Part shown: positions 40,371 through 54,193 of the stretch, in pieces
Layout of the letters: each line of letters opens with the position of its first letter
Position numbering within the stretch: position 1 is the first letter of the stretch
Assembly: GCA_963771175.1 (NCBI GenBank)
Contig: CAVYSY010000011.1
Span: 64,001 to 128,000, forward strand
DNA: 64,000 nucleotides
Source: an uncultured delta proteobacterium
Lineage (GTDB): Bacteria; Myxococcota; Myxococcia; Myxococcales; Myxococcaceae
Reading direction: 5' to 3'
Notes under the pieces: model-generated
The model's database searches: none
What the model was told of the DNA's origin: nothing
What the model saw: only the letters and a program-made list of their open reading frames with translations
Translations under genes and position numbers: made by a program

Positions 40371-41578
40371 GGCTGCACGTACCTCAGCGCCTCAGAGATG
40401 TAGGGGTCCTTCACCGGCAGCGTGTAGCGACCGCGCGCCAGGAAGATGGCTCCGGCCACCGACAGCCCGCCCACGCCCACGAAGGCCGTGAGGAGCGTCC
40501 AGTGGAACGAGGGGCCCTGCGGGGAGTACGCCGGCCAGATGAGCCAGTACAGGTCCACCGCGTGCATGGCGAGCAGGTAGACGGCCACCACCGCCAGCAG
40601 GCGCGGCTTGAGCTTCAGGTTGCGCGACAGCAGGGTGAAGAAGGGCACCGCGAAGCCCATGACGAAGAGCGCGATGGACAGCGGCCTCCAGGCGCCCTCG
40701 ATGCGCAGCTTGAACCAGCCGGCCTCCTCCGGGATGTTGGCGATCCAGATGAGGAGGAACTGGGAGAAGGCGATGTAGGCCCAGAAGGACGTGAAGGCCA
40801 GCATGAGCTTACCCAGGTTGTGGTAGTGCGCCGTCGTCACCAAGGTGCCGTACTCGTTCTTGCCCTGCGCGTTGACCGTGGCGACCGTCAGCACGCAGAA
40901 CGCCGCCAGGAAGCTGCCGGCGAAGTAATAGACGCCGAAGATGGTGGACTGCCAGAGCGGCGTGAGCGTCATCAGCCAGTCGAAACCAGCAAAAGTAATG
41001 GTCAGCGCAAGGAACGGCAGCGCCCCGGGGGAGAAGCGACGCTGCTTGACAGTCAGCTCCAGCGCGCCGCTGGTGTCCTGCTCGGTGCTCCATCCGCGCA
41101 GCCGGAACGCCACGAAGCTCCACACCGCGAAGTAGATGGCCTGACGGATGTAGAAGAAAGTCAGGTTGAGGTAGGGGTGCTTGTGGTGCAGGTGGTGCAG
41201 CTCCACCTCGGTGAACTTCACGCCCTCCGTGCCGGGGAACACCCAGGCGGCCGTGTCCACCCACGGGAAGATGTGCTTCGCCCCGAGGACGATGGGCAGC
41301 ACCAGGGGGATGAAGACGACCACGCTGACGCCCATGGTCTCCATGGAGCGGCGGACGACGGTGACCCACTTGGCCTTGGCCGTGTGGAAGATGGCCACCA
41401 TGATGATGGAGGCCACCGAGATACCCACCCAGTAGGTGAAGGCGAGCAGGTAGCTGAACAGCGCCGGCTGGGGAGCGGTGAAGAAGCCCACGAGGGTCAG
41501 CACCAGGCCAATGACGCCCACCGCTCCAGCGAGCGTCATCGTCTTCGCGCCGCCGTTGAAACGATCCACGGCAATCAT
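40367..41578 (-). CDS. actF: Alternative complex III subunit ActF
   Basis: Multi-TM; AKWVTVVRR, FDWLMTL.P.WQSTIFG, HNLGKLM and YIAFSQFLLIWIANIPEE. Confidence 0.88.
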   Translation of the reverse strand: MIAVDRFNGGAKTMTLAGAVGVIGLVLTLVGFFTAPQPALFSYLLAFTYWVGISVASIIMVAIFHTAKAKWVTVVRRSMETMGVSVVVFIPLVLPIVLGAKHIFPWVDTAAWVFPGTEGVKFTEVELHHLHHKHPYLNLTFFYIRQAIYFAVWSFVAFRLRGWSTEQDTSGALELTVKQRRFSPGALPFLALTITFAGFDWLMTLTPLWQSTIFGVYYFAGSFLAAFCVLTVATVNAQGKNEYGTLVTTAHYHNLGKLMLAFTSFWAYIAFSQFLLIWIANIPEEAGWFKLRIEGAWRPLSIALFVMGFAVPFFTLLSRNLKLKPRLLAVVAVYLLAMHAVDLYWLIWPAYSPQGPSFHWTLLTAFVGVGGLSVAGAIFLARGRYTLPVKDPYISEALRYVQP

Positions 41579-42138
41579 CGGTTCTCCTGCGGAACAGGCT
41601 GCTGGCCGGCCACCTGAGAGGTGCGGGCACGCTGCAGCGCACGGACGTAGGCCACCACGGCCCACCGCTCCTGGATGTTGAGCTCGCCGGCGAAGGACGG
41701 CATCACGCCGTAGCCCTCGGTCATGGCGACGAAGAAGTGCCCGTCCGGCTTGTTGGCGATCTGCACCAGCGAGGGAGGCAGGCGCAGGGCCATGTTCTCC
41801 GCCACCACGCTGTTGCCGTCGCCGAGCCGGCCGTGGCACTGCGAGCAGATGATGTTGTACTGCTTCTGGCCTTCCTCGAGCACCTGACGGTTGAGCTCGA
41901 GCGGGATGGCGGTGACGAGCGCGCCGTTGACGCGACCCGTGGTGAGGCCGGGGTTGCCCACCGGGCGCTCACGCGGGACGGTGCCCTCGGGCGGGGTGCG
42001 CATGGCCTTGCCATCCGCCCAGAACTCGCTCGTCTCGTAGTACTCGTATTTGGCCTGTCCCTCCATGCGCTGGAGGAACTCGGACGAAACGTTGCAACCG
42101 ACCAGGGCGAGCCCGGCGGCGGGGATGAGCCACCTCAT
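41575..42138 (-). CDS. actE: ACIII monoheme cytochrome c lipoprotein ActE
   Basis: Lipobox LVGC, MRTPPEGTVPR, CSQCH, MPSF and RWAVVAYVRALQ. Confidence 0.88.
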   Translation of the reverse strand: MRWLIPAAGLALVGCNVSSEFLQRMEGQAKYEYYETSEFWADGKAMRTPPEGTVPRERPVGNPGLTTGRVNGALVTAIPLELNRQVLEEGQKQYNIICSQCHGRLGDGNSVVAENMALRLPPSLVQIANKPDGHFFVAMTEGYGVMPSFAGELNIQERWAVVAYVRALQRARTSQVAGQQPVPQENR

Positions 42139-42689
42139 TCCTTCTCTCCGGTGACGACGGTCACATGGGTCGCGCCCAGTGCCTTGAGCTGGTCCGTGAT
42201 GTCTTCGGCCTTGGCGGTGGTGAGCGCCTTGGGGATGCTCAGCCAGTAGCCGTGCGTGGAGGCGCTGCGGAACTCCTCGCTCTCGAAGACCGGGTGGTAC
42301 GGCTGGGGCAGACGGCTGAGCCCCAGCAGACCGAAGAAGATGCCAAATGCCGTGAGCAGCACCGCGAGCTCGAAGGTGATGGGCACCCAGGCCGGCAGGC
42401 TGAACGTCGGACGACCACCGATGTTGAGCGGGTAGTCGATGGTGTTCATGTACGTCTGGAAGGCCAGCGCGGTGACGATGCCCGTCAGCGCGCCACCGAG
42501 GGCGATGAAGGGCACTCGCGAGGGCGGAAGACCCAGCGCCTCGGACCCGCCGTGCAGCGGGTAGGGCGAATAGGTGTCCATCCCCTCGTAGCCCTTCTCC
42601 CGCATCTGGCGGGTGGCATCCACCAGGGCGTCGGGAGTGGCGAACTCGGCGAGCACCCAGCTCTCCAGAACCTTGATTTCGGCGGACAT
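42135..42689 (-). CDS. actD: ACIII subunit ActD (DUF3341)
   Basis: DTYSPYPLHG, YPLNIGGRP and PITFEL. Confidence 0.9.
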   Translation of the reverse strand: MSAEIKVLESWVLAEFATPDALVDATRQMREKGYEGMDTYSPYPLHGGSEALGLPPSRVPFIALGGALTGIVTALAFQTYMNTIDYPLNIGGRPTFSLPAWVPITFELAVLLTAFGIFFGLLGLSRLPQPYHPVFESEEFRSASTHGYWLSIPKALTTAKAEDITDQLKALGATHVTVVTGEKE

Positions 42690-42692
42690 GGT

Positions 42693-44134
42693 TCAGTGCG
42701 CTCCGTGGGTAAGGGTCCCGGCGGCGGCCGTCTCGGCGCCGTGGCCGGCGTGGTGCGCGGCGTGCTTGAGCTCGAGCTGGAGCTCCTTCACCTCGCTCAC
42801 CGCGACAGCGGGGACGAACTTGAGGAAGAGCAGGAACAGCGTGCCGAACAGGCCCAGCGTGCCCACGTAGATGGACCAGTCCACCCAGGTCGGGCTGTAC
42901 AGGTCCCACGAGGAGGGCAGGAAGTCCTGCGTCAGCGACGTCACGATGATGATGAAGCGCTCGCACCACATGCCGATGTTCACCAGGATGGACGCCACCC
43001 ACATGATGGGGATGCTGGTCCGGCACTTCTTGAACCAGAAGATGTTCGGCGTGATGACGTTGCAGGCGATCATCAGCCAGTAGACCCCGGCGTACGGACC
43101 GCGCGCGCGGTTCACGTAGAAGGTCCAGATTTCGTACTCGCTGCCGGAGTACCAGGCGATGAAGTGCTCCATCAGGTACCCGTAGGACACGATGAGGCCC
43201 GTCGCCAGAATCACCTTGTTCATGTTCTCCAGGTGGCGGTCGGTGATGACGTCCCGGAGCTTGAGGTACTTGCGGGCGGGAACGATGAGCGTGATCACCA
43301 TCGCGAAGCCGCTGAACACGGCGCCGGCCACGAAGTAGGGCGGGAAGATGGTGGCGTGCCAGCCGGGGATGAGCGAGGTGGCGAAGTCGAAGGACACGAT
43401 CGTGTGCACGCTGACCACGAGCGGGGTGGAGATACCCGCCAGCAGCAGGTAGCCGATCTTGTAGTTGTGCCAGTGACGACCGGAGCCGCGCCAGCCGAGG
43501 GCGAAGAGGCCGTAGATGGTGCGCTGCAGCTTGCCCTTGGACGAGTCACGCAGGGCCGCCAGGTCCGGGATGAGACCCACGTACCAGAAGAGGGCGGACA
43601 CGGTGAGGTACGTGGAGATGGCGAACACGTCCCAGACGAGCGGCGAGCGGAACTGCGGCCAGGCGCCCAGGGTGCAGGGGTAGGGGAAGAGCCAGAAGGC
43701 GAACCAGGGACGGCCCGTGTGCAGCAGCGGGAAGAGACCCGCGCAGCACGACGGCGAAGAGCGTCATGGCCTCGGCGAAGCGGTTGATGCTCGTGCGCCA
43801 CTTCTGCTGGAAGAGCAGGAGGATGGCGGAGATGAGCGTACCGGCGTGACCGATACCGACCCACCAGACGAAGTTGATGATGTCGAAGGCCCAGCCGTTG
43901 GGCTGGTTGTTGCCCCACACGCCGATGCCGCTTGGCGAGCGTGTAGGTCACGCCCAGGACCAGCAGGCCGAGGGCGGACAGGGCCAGGCCGAACAGCATG
44001 AACCAGCCCTTACCGGGCTTGGCCCACACGTGGTCGAGCAGGGTCTCGTTGAGCGACTTGTCGTCGTGGTGCGGCGCGACGAGGGGCCGGGGCTCGAGCG
44101 GGTCGAGCGCGACGGCGTTAGCGGTCTCGGCCAT
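42693..44134 (-). CDS. actC: ACIII subunit ActC (NrfD/polysulfide reductase family); two frameshifts
   Basis: [56 protein letters not shown] and NIGMWCERF. Confidence 0.92.
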
Positions 44135-44137
44135 GGC

Positions 44138-47358
<3,221 letters not shown>

Positions 47359-47383
47359 GGGGGCGCCGGGGTGCTTCGGGGCT

Positions 47384-48043
47384 TCAGCGGTGGCACGTGG
47401 TGCAGCTCGTGCGCGAGTGGACGTCGTACTGTGGCCGACGCGAGCGTCTCGGCCGCCTCGGGGTCCTCGGGCGGCTGCCAGGTCATGCAGGTGATGACCT
47501 CGGCCGGACGCAGGTTCGGCTCCGGGTTGCGGTGGCAGTCCAGGCACCACTGCATGGTGAGCGGCGCGGTCTGCTCCACCGCGCGCCATCTGGTCCACGC
47601 GACCGTGGCAGGTGACGCAGCCGACGCCCTTGTTCACGTGGATGGAGTGGTTGAAGTAGACGAAGTCCGGCAGGTTGTGCACGCGGACCCAGGGAATGGG
47701 CTGGTCGGTGAAGAAGGCTTGCCGCACCAGCGTTAGGTACGGGCTCTTGTTCCACACCTGCGCGTGGCAGCTGACATGCACATGGTGGTGGATGGGATGC
47801 CGGCCGACGGGGAGTTCTCCACCGACCAGTGGCAGTAGCGGCAGTCGATCTGCTCGTCACCGGCGTGGTGGCGGTGATCGAACTGGATGGGCTGCTCGAC
47901 GGGGCGGAACTGATCGGTGACGAAGGGGCGAACGCACGTACGCCATCAGGCCGCCGATGGCGATGGCGGGGATCGCGAGAAGGGCCGCGGCAGACAGCCC
48001 GCGACACCGTGTTCGTCCAGCGTGGGAAGAGAGGACCGCTCAT
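47384..48043 (-). CDS. actA: ACIII pentaheme cytochrome c ActA; frameshifted
   Basis: FPRWTN start, five CxxCH (CRYCH, C.SCH, CVTCH, CLDCH, CTTCH), and W.RVHNLPDFVYFNHSIH. Confidence 0.88.
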
Positions 48044-48270
48044 ACCAGGACCAGGGGGTAGTCAGTGGGCTCCGGAGGACGAAACCGGGAGGACGGTTCG
48101 GCCGGACCGGAGACGGCACAGGGAAACTGGAACAAGAAGCTCATACACGGCGTTGCTGAGGCAGCGACGACTCCTGCCCTGGCAGGAGACATGCGGACAC
48201 GCCCGACCCCAACCGACTGAGAGTTGCCGTGGGCGGGGTCCCTCCTCATCCCGTCCCAACGCGGCGCGGG

Positions 48271-48299
48271 ACCATCGAGCATCATTATCCAGGTGTCAA
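48271..48299 (-). promoter_or_regulatory. Candidate sigma70 promoter of the act operon
   Basis: TTGACA-17 nt-GATGGT on the minus strand; the -10 is weak. Confidence 0.35.
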
Positions 48300-48532
48300 C
48301 CTTTCTGTGTCCGCGCGCGGCGAGATACCACGACCCGATGCGTTGTGGCGCGGGTGAAATTGTATCCGGATGATGTTCTCTTCTGGCAGGCGGTAGGGGG
48401 GATGAACCCGGCGGGGCTCAGGCGTCGTCCGGATCGCGCCAGTGCTCGCGGCGGCGCTTGGAGGCACTCACACCTGTTCAAATAGGAGGGCTCTCGTGCC
48501 ATGGGGGGGGGGCCGGGTGGAGACGTGCGAGG

Positions 48533-49345
48533 ATGGGCCCCATGAAGGGAAAGACGGTGGTCATTACTGGGGCCTCCTCGGGAATTGGCGAGGAGCTGGC
48601 GGTGGCGCTCGCGGCACGCGGGGCCCACGTGGTGCTCGCGGCGCGGGGCGAGGAGTTGCTGGCCCGGGTGAAGCAGCGGTGTGAGCAGGCCGGAGGCCGC
48701 GCGCTCGTGGTCCCCACGGACGTGAGCGACCCCGAGGCCTGCCGGAGAATGGTGGAGCGCTCCGTCGCGGAGTTCGGCGGCATCGATGCCCTCGTGAACA
48801 ACGCGGGACTGACGATGCGGGCCTGTTTCGAGGACGTGACGGACCTGTCCATCTTCGAGCGCCTCATGCGGGTGAACTACCTGGGCGCGGTCTACTGCAC
48901 GCACCATGCGCTCCCGTACCTGAAGTCGCGCCGGGGGCTCGTCGTCGCCGTCTCCTCCTTGACGGGGAAGAGTGGTGTGCCGGGCCGCAGCGGCTATGCC
49001 GCGACCAAGCACGCCATGCAGGGGTTCTTCGACTCGCTGCGCATCGAACTGCTGGGCAAGGGCGTGGACGTGCTCGTCGTGTCGCCCGGGTTCGTCGCCA
49101 CCGACATCCGCGCGCGGGCGGTGGGTGCTGACGGCAGCACGGGCCATGAGGGCATCGCCGAGGAGCAGGGCAACCGGATGATGGATGCGCGCACCTGCGC
49201 GAATCTCATCCTCCGGGCCATGGAGCGCCGCGAGCGCGAGGTGGTGATGATGCCCGCGGCGAAGCTGGTGCTGGCCCTCAAGGCCCTCGCACCGAGCGTG
49301 GTCGACCGCATCGCCTCTCGGATGATGAAGCAGGCGCGGCCCTGA
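48533..49345 (+). CDS. Short-chain dehydrogenase/reductase
   Basis: TGASSGIG, VNNAG, SS, YAATK and PGFVAT. Confidence 0.93.
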   Translation: MGPMKGKTVVITGASSGIGEELAVALAARGAHVVLAARGEELLARVKQRCEQAGGRALVVPTDVSDPEACRRMVERSVAEFGGIDALVNNAGLTMRACFEDVTDLSIFERLMRVNYLGAVYCTHHALPYLKSRRGLVVAVSSLTGKSGVPGRSGYAATKHAMQGFFDSLRIELLGKGVDVLVVSPGFVATDIRARAVGADGSTGHEGIAEEQGNRMMDARTCANLILRAMERREREVVMMPAAKLVLALKALAPSVVDRIASRMMKQARP

Positions 49346-49368
49346 GCACCTGACAGCTCCCGCGTCGC

Positions 49369-49881
49369 TCAGGTCGGTGGGGCCCGGTAGGTGACCCGGG
49401 CAATGGTGTACTCGACGGCGCCGCGCGGGCGCTCGACCTGGACGGTCTCGCCGACCTCCCTGCCGAGGAGCGCCCGTGCCAGGGGCGACTCGACACTGAG
49501 GCGACCCTCCTTCACGTCCGCCTCGTCCGGGCCGACGATGCGGTACGTCGTCTCCGCGCCGTCCTCGTCCTCGAGCGTCACCCACGCGCCGAAATAGACG
49601 CGCCCCTCGTCCGGAGCCTCGGGGGACACCACCTTCACTTCGTCCAGGATGGCCGTCAGTTGCTGTACCCGGCGCGCACGCTCGCGGGCCCGCGCCTCGC
49701 CCTCCATTGCCGTGCCGCCCTCCTCTCGGGGGACGGGTGCCAGGAGCGCCGCGAGCTCCTCCTGCAGGGACCGGTAGCCCTCGGACGTGATGTAGCGCTT
49801 CTCGCCAGACGTCGAGCGGGGACGCGGCGGCAGCAGGGTCTCTTCCCCACCGCCATCCTCTTTCGTGAAGGCCTTCGACAC
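49369..49881 (-). CDS. GreA/GreB-family factor (divergent tip)
   Basis: MSKAFTKED, YITSEG, VYFGAWV, YRIVGPDE and SPLARALLG. Confidence 0.88.
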   Translation of the reverse strand: MSKAFTKEDGGGEETLLPPRPRSTSGEKRYITSEGYRSLQEELAALLAPVPREEGGTAMEGEARARERARRVQQLTAILDEVKVVSPEAPDEGRVYFGAWVTLEDEDGAETTYRIVGPDEADVKEGRLSVESPLARALLGREVGETVQVERPRGAVEYTIARVTYRAPPT

Positions 49882-50046
49882 GCTGACATTTTAACAGCCA
49901 AGGCGCCTCCGGGGAGGCAACCCAGGCTGTCAGTTCCTGAGACTCTCTCCCACTCTCCTGGCTGCCCTCCGACCCGGGGATCGTGGAGATGCCGGACGCG
50001 GGAAGGATGCCGACGTTTCCCGGAAACGGACCTGGGAGGTGTGGGC

Positions 50047-50701
50047 ATGGCGAGGAAGACGTTGAACGGCATCCGGGTGGGCGTGTTGGCCGCGGACGGT
50101 TTCGAGCAGGTGGAACTCACCCTTCCCATGAAAGCGCTCCGCAGGCGGGGGGCCCAGGTCGACATCATCTCCCCTGCACGAGGGGAAGATCCGCGGGATG
50201 AACTTGATGTGGCCGGGCAAGAAGGTTCCGGTGGACGAGACGGTGGAGCGGGTGCGGCCCATGTCCTTCGACGCGCTCTTCATCCCCGGCGGTTTCGTCA
50301 ACCCTGACGCCCTCCGCCAGAGCGAGGAGGTGCTCGACTTCGTCCGTGAGTTCGAGCGGCTCGGCCGGCCCATCGCCACGCTCTGCCATGGGCCGTGGGT
50401 GCTCGTGTCCGCGGGGCTGGTGAAGGGGCGCAAGCTGGCCTCGTGGCCCGGCATCAAGGACGACGTCCGCAACGCGGGCGGGCAGTGGATGGACGAGCCC
50501 GGCGTGCGCGATGACCTGTGGTTCACCAGCCGTGGTCCGCATGACATGCGCCACTTCCTCAAGGGTATGGTGGAGCTCTTCGCCGAGCACGCCCCGCGCA
50601 ACCACCCGGTGGAGGCGCGCTCGCGCTGGGGCCGCTGGCTGGTCGCCGCCGTGCTGGGCATGGTGGTCATTCGCCCCCTGCGCACCGCCTTCGCGCGGTA
50701 G
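50047..50701 (+). CDS. PfpI/DJ-1 family protein; frameshift near 50180
   Basis: ADGFEQVEL, FDALFIPGG, LCHGPW and TSRGP.D; C-terminal hydrophobic tail. Confidence 0.88.
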
Positions 50702-50748
50702 CTCTCCAGATTGGCAGGGCACGCCCCGGACGACTACCGTCCGCCCCC

Positions 50749-50907
50749 ATGCTGAAGATGACACGGCGGCGCCTCCTCGCCGCGGGGCTGGGCGGTGGCG
50801 CGCTGCTCCTGGTGGGAAGCGGCCTTCACCAGCGCGAGACGAACATGCTCGCCAAGGTGGACGGTGGGCGCGGGCTGGACATGTTGATTCAGTCCGCCCT
50901 GGGGTGA
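50749..50907 (+). CDS. 52-aa small protein with twin-arginine-like N-terminus
   Basis: MLKMTRRRLLAAGLGGGALLLVGSG...; fills the gap between pfpI and the esterase, and its TGA is 3 nt before the esterase ATG. Confidence 0.5.
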   Translation: MLKMTRRRLLAAGLGGGALLLVGSGLHQRETNMLAKVDGGRGLDMLIQSALG

Positions 50908-50910
50908 GCC

Positions 50911-51960
50911 ATGGACACGAGCACGCTGGAGAAGAGGGTCCTCGCCGAGGGCTCGCCGCTTATCGATGGAGAGGAGGTCACCTTCGTGTGGCGCGGGCGC
51001 AAGCCCGTGTTCGTGACGGGGGACTTCCGGGACTGGTCGGGTGAGCCCGTGCCCCTGCTCGAGGTGGCGCCGGGGTTGTGGACGCACTCCCTGAAGCTGC
51101 CGCGCGACACCTATGTGGAGTACGCGCTCCAGGACGCGAAGGGGGGGCGGGTGAGAGATCCGCTCAACTCGCGCCTCGTCCCCAACGGCTTCGGGGACTT
51201 CAACCACTACTTCCACATGCCCGAGTCTCGGCCCACGCCCCTCGCGTTGCGGCAGCGGGACGTGCCCCGGGGCACCGTCACCCGGCACCTGGTGGAGACG
51301 CAGGAGCTCTGCGTGGGGCGGGAGCGCGCGGTGCACCTCTACGCGCCGCCCACCTCCGAGCCCTGCCCGTTGGTGGTGGTATTCGACGGGCCCGACTACC
51401 AGCGGCGCGCGAAGTTGCCCACCCTGGTGGACAACCTCATCGCCCAGGGTCGCATCCGCCCCCTCGCGCTGGCGATGGTGGCCAACGGCAGCTCCGCGCG
51501 CACCGTCGAGTACTCCTGCAGCGAGGCCACCCTGGCTTTCCTGCTGTACCGGGTGCTGCCGCTCGCCCGCCAGGAGCTGCGCCTCGTGGATGAGAAGCGC
51601 GAGCCCGGCGCTCATGCCGTGCTCGGTGCCTCGCTGGGCGGGTTGATGTCCCTGTACGTGGGGCTGCGCGCGCCCGAGATCTTCGGCAATGTGCTCTCCC
51701 AGTCGGGCGCCTTCAGCCTGTGGAACCACGATTTCGTGGTGTTCGACCTCGCCCGCGCCGCTCCGTCCCGGCCACTCGACGTGTGGATGGACTGCGGCCA
51801 CTTCGAGGCGCTCACCGAGGGCAACCGGCGCATGCTCCCGGTGCTCCAGCAGTCCGGGCACCGGGCCGAGTACCGGGAGTACCACGGCGGCCACAACTAC
51901 TCCGCCTGGCGCGACCACGTGTGGCGCGGCCTGGAGTGGCTCTTCGGTCCCGAGCGCTGA
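50911..51960 (+). CDS. Fes-like alpha/beta esterase with N-terminal E-set/CBM48-like domain
   Basis: VTFVW...GDF..W, DPLN, FDG.DY, GASLGG, SQSG and GGHNY..W. Confidence 0.88.
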   Translation: MDTSTLEKRVLAEGSPLIDGEEVTFVWRGRKPVFVTGDFRDWSGEPVPLLEVAPGLWTHSLKLPRDTYVEYALQDAKGGRVRDPLNSRLVPNGFGDFNHYFHMPESRPTPLALRQRDVPRGTVTRHLVETQELCVGRERAVHLYAPPTSEPCPLVVVFDGPDYQRRAKLPTLVDNLIAQGRIRPLALAMVANGSSARTVEYSCSEATLAFLLYRVLPLARQELRLVDEKREPGAHAVLGASLGGLMSLYVGLRAPEIFGNVLSQSGAFSLWNHDFVVFDLARAAPSRPLDVWMDCGHFEALTEGNRRMLPVLQQSGHRAEYREYHGGHNYSAWRDHVWRGLEWLFGPER

Positions 51961-52108
51961 CTTCGAGGTGCTCGGATGTCAAGCGAGGGAGGAGTCGCTG
52001 CCCTGGGCCGTGGCCCCCTTTTCCGGCCGCGCCGGACGGGGGATAACGGAGGGCATCCCCCGAGGGCCGGAGTCTCGGCCCGCGAGGGGGCCTGCACAGA
52101 GGAACGTG

Positions 52109-53599
52109 ATGAACGCTCAGGAGCGCAAGGCGGCCTACCGCCAGCGCGCGGAGAAGGGCGAGGCGATCCCCGTCTCGGTCGTGCTCCCCGCAGACCTCGA
52201 CACCCCACTGTCCGTCTACCTCAAGCTCGGTGGTGCGCGCGGCTTCGTCCTCGAGTCCTGCCACGGCGGCGAGCGCTTCGGCCGCTACAGCCACGTCGGC
52301 AGCGCGCCCTCCGGCCGGCTCCGGCTCGACCGCAACGGCGCCACCCTCTGGCGCGGCGACCACTCGCGGCGTCTCGAGGGCAAGCCGCTCGACGTGCTGC
52401 GCTCCGTCTGGCGGGAGCACGCCGTCGCCACGCTCCCCGGCGAGCCTCCCTTCGTGGGCGGGCTGGTGGGCTACCTCGGCTACAACTGCATGTCCTGGTT
52501 CGAGCGCCACGTGCCCGACCGGCACGCCCCGGACATCTCCTTCCCCGACTCCGAGTGGCTGCTGTGCGAGGAGTTCGTCACCCACGACTCGCGCACCCAG
52601 ACGCTGCACGCCACCGCCATCGCCCGGCCGTCCCGCCACGGCAGCGTCGCCCAGGCCCTCGCGGACGCCGAGGCCCGTGCCGAGGCGCTCGTCGACCGCC
52701 TGCTGCGGCCGCTGCCCGTGGACGCCTACGTGCCCCATCCGCCCATGCGCGGCGAGGCGGAGGTCTCGGTGCACTGGGACCGCGCCGGCTACGAGGCCGC
52801 CGTGGAGCGCGTGAAGGAGTACATCCGCGCCGGTGACTGCATGCAGGTGGTGCTCGCCCGTCGCTTCGAGGCGCGTGGGGCGCCACCGCCGCTCTCGCTG
52901 TACCGGGCGCTGCGCCGCGTCAACCCCTCGCCGTACCTCTTCCACATCGAGCTGGGCGAGGCGCGCGCGCTGGTGGGCGCCTCGCCGGAGCTGCTGGTGC
53001 AGGTGCGCGACGGGGACGTCGTGGTGCGCCCCATCGCCGGCACCCGGCGCCGCGGCGCCACCGAGGCCGAGGACCTCGCGCTGGAGAAGGAGCTGCTCGC
53101 CGACGAGAAGGAGCGCGCCGAGCACATGATGCTGGTGGACCTCGGCCGCAACGACGTGGGCCGCGTGGCCGCTCCGGGCACGGTGCGCGTCGAGGACCTG
53201 ATGGTCATCGAGCGCTACAGCCACGTGATGCACATCGTCTCGCAGGTGCGCGGCAAGCTCGACGCGAAGTACGACGCGCTCGACGCGCTCGCCTGCACCT
53301 TCCCCGCGGGCACGGTGTCCGGGGCTCCGAAGATCCGCGCGATGCAGATCATCGACGAGCTGGAGCCGACCCGTCGCGGCCCCTACGCGGGCGCGGTGGG
53401 CTACCTGTCCTTCTGCGGCGCGCTGGACCTCGCCATCGCCCTGCGCACCTTCTTCATCGACGGGGACCGCACGATGTGGAAGGCGGGCGCGGGACTCGTG
53501 GCCGACTCGGTGCCCTCGAAGGAGGCGGATGAGACGGAGGCCAAGGCGCGGGCGCTCGCCATGGCCCTGAAGCAGGCGCGTGAGGGAGGTGTGCGGTGA
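52109..53599 (+). CDS. trpE: Anthranilate synthase component I
   Basis: DLDTP, VLES...[35 protein letters not shown] and [11 protein letters not shown]. Confidence 0.9.
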   Translation: MNAQERKAAYRQRAEKGEAIPVSVVLPADLDTPLSVYLKLGGARGFVLESCHGGERFGRYSHVGSAPSGRLRLDRNGATLWRGDHSRRLEGKPLDVLRSVWREHAVATLPGEPPFVGGLVGYLGYNCMSWFERHVPDRHAPDISFPDSEWLLCEEFVTHDSRTQTLHATAIARPSRHGSVAQALADAEARAEALVDRLLRPLPVDAYVPHPPMRGEAEVSVHWDRAGYEAAVERVKEYIRAGDCMQVVLARRFEARGAPPPLSLYRALRRVNPSPYLFHIELGEARALVGASPELLVQVRDGDVVVRPIAGTRRRGATEAEDLALEKELLADEKERAEHMMLVDLGRNDVGRVAAPGTVRVEDLMVIERYSHVMHIVSQVRGKLDAKYDALDALACTFPAGTVSGAPKIRAMQIIDELEPTRRGPYAGAVGYLSFCGALDLAIALRTFFIDGDRTMWKAGAGLVADSVPSKEADETEAKARALAMALKQAREGGVR

Positions 53600-54158
53600 T
53601 CCTCGTCATCGACAACTACGACTCGTTCACCTTCAACCTCGTGCAGCTCCTCTACACGCTGGGGGCCGAGGTGAAGGTGGCTCGCAACGATGAGATCGAC
53701 GCCGAGGGCGTGGCGCCTCGGGCGCGTCGCACCTGGTGGTGTCGCCGGGGCCGTGCACGCCGCACGAGGCCGGGGTGAGCATGGCGGCCATCCGCGGCGC
53801 GAAGGTGCCGGTGCTGGGCGTGTGCCTGGGCCACCAGTCCATCGGGGCCGTCTTCGGCGGCAAGGTGGTGCGCGCGCCGGAGCCGGTGCACGGCAAGACG
53901 GCCTCCATCCGCCACGAGGGCCGGAGCATCTTCGAGGGCATGCCCCCGGGCTTCCAGGCGGCGCGCTACCACTCGCTGGTGGTGGAGGCGGCCTCGCTGC
54001 CGGCGGAGCTGGAGGCCACGGCGTGGACGGCGGACGGGCTCATCATGGGGCTGCGGCACCGCGAGCGGCCCGTGGTGGGCGTGCAGTTCCACCCCGAGAG
54101 CGTGCTCACTCCCGAGGGCCCCCGGCTGGTGCGCAACTTCCTCGACGGCCGGCTGTAG
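53596..54158 (+). CDS. trpG: Anthranilate synthase component II (glutamine amidotransferase); frameshift near 53715
   Basis: [27 protein letters not shown] and QFHPES. Confidence 0.9.
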
Positions 54159-54188
54159 TCAGAGGGGCCTCGCAGTGAGGCCCCTGAC
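54158..54188. terminator. Hairpin between convergent trpG and FBP genes
   Basis: GTCAGAGGGGCCTC-GCAGT-GAGGCCCCTGAC. Confidence 0.6.
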
Positions 54189-54193
54189 GCTGT

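Noticed and set aside
51961..52108. Trp attenuator leader
   Set aside because: No short ORF with tandem Trp codons and no clear terminator/antiterminator pair.
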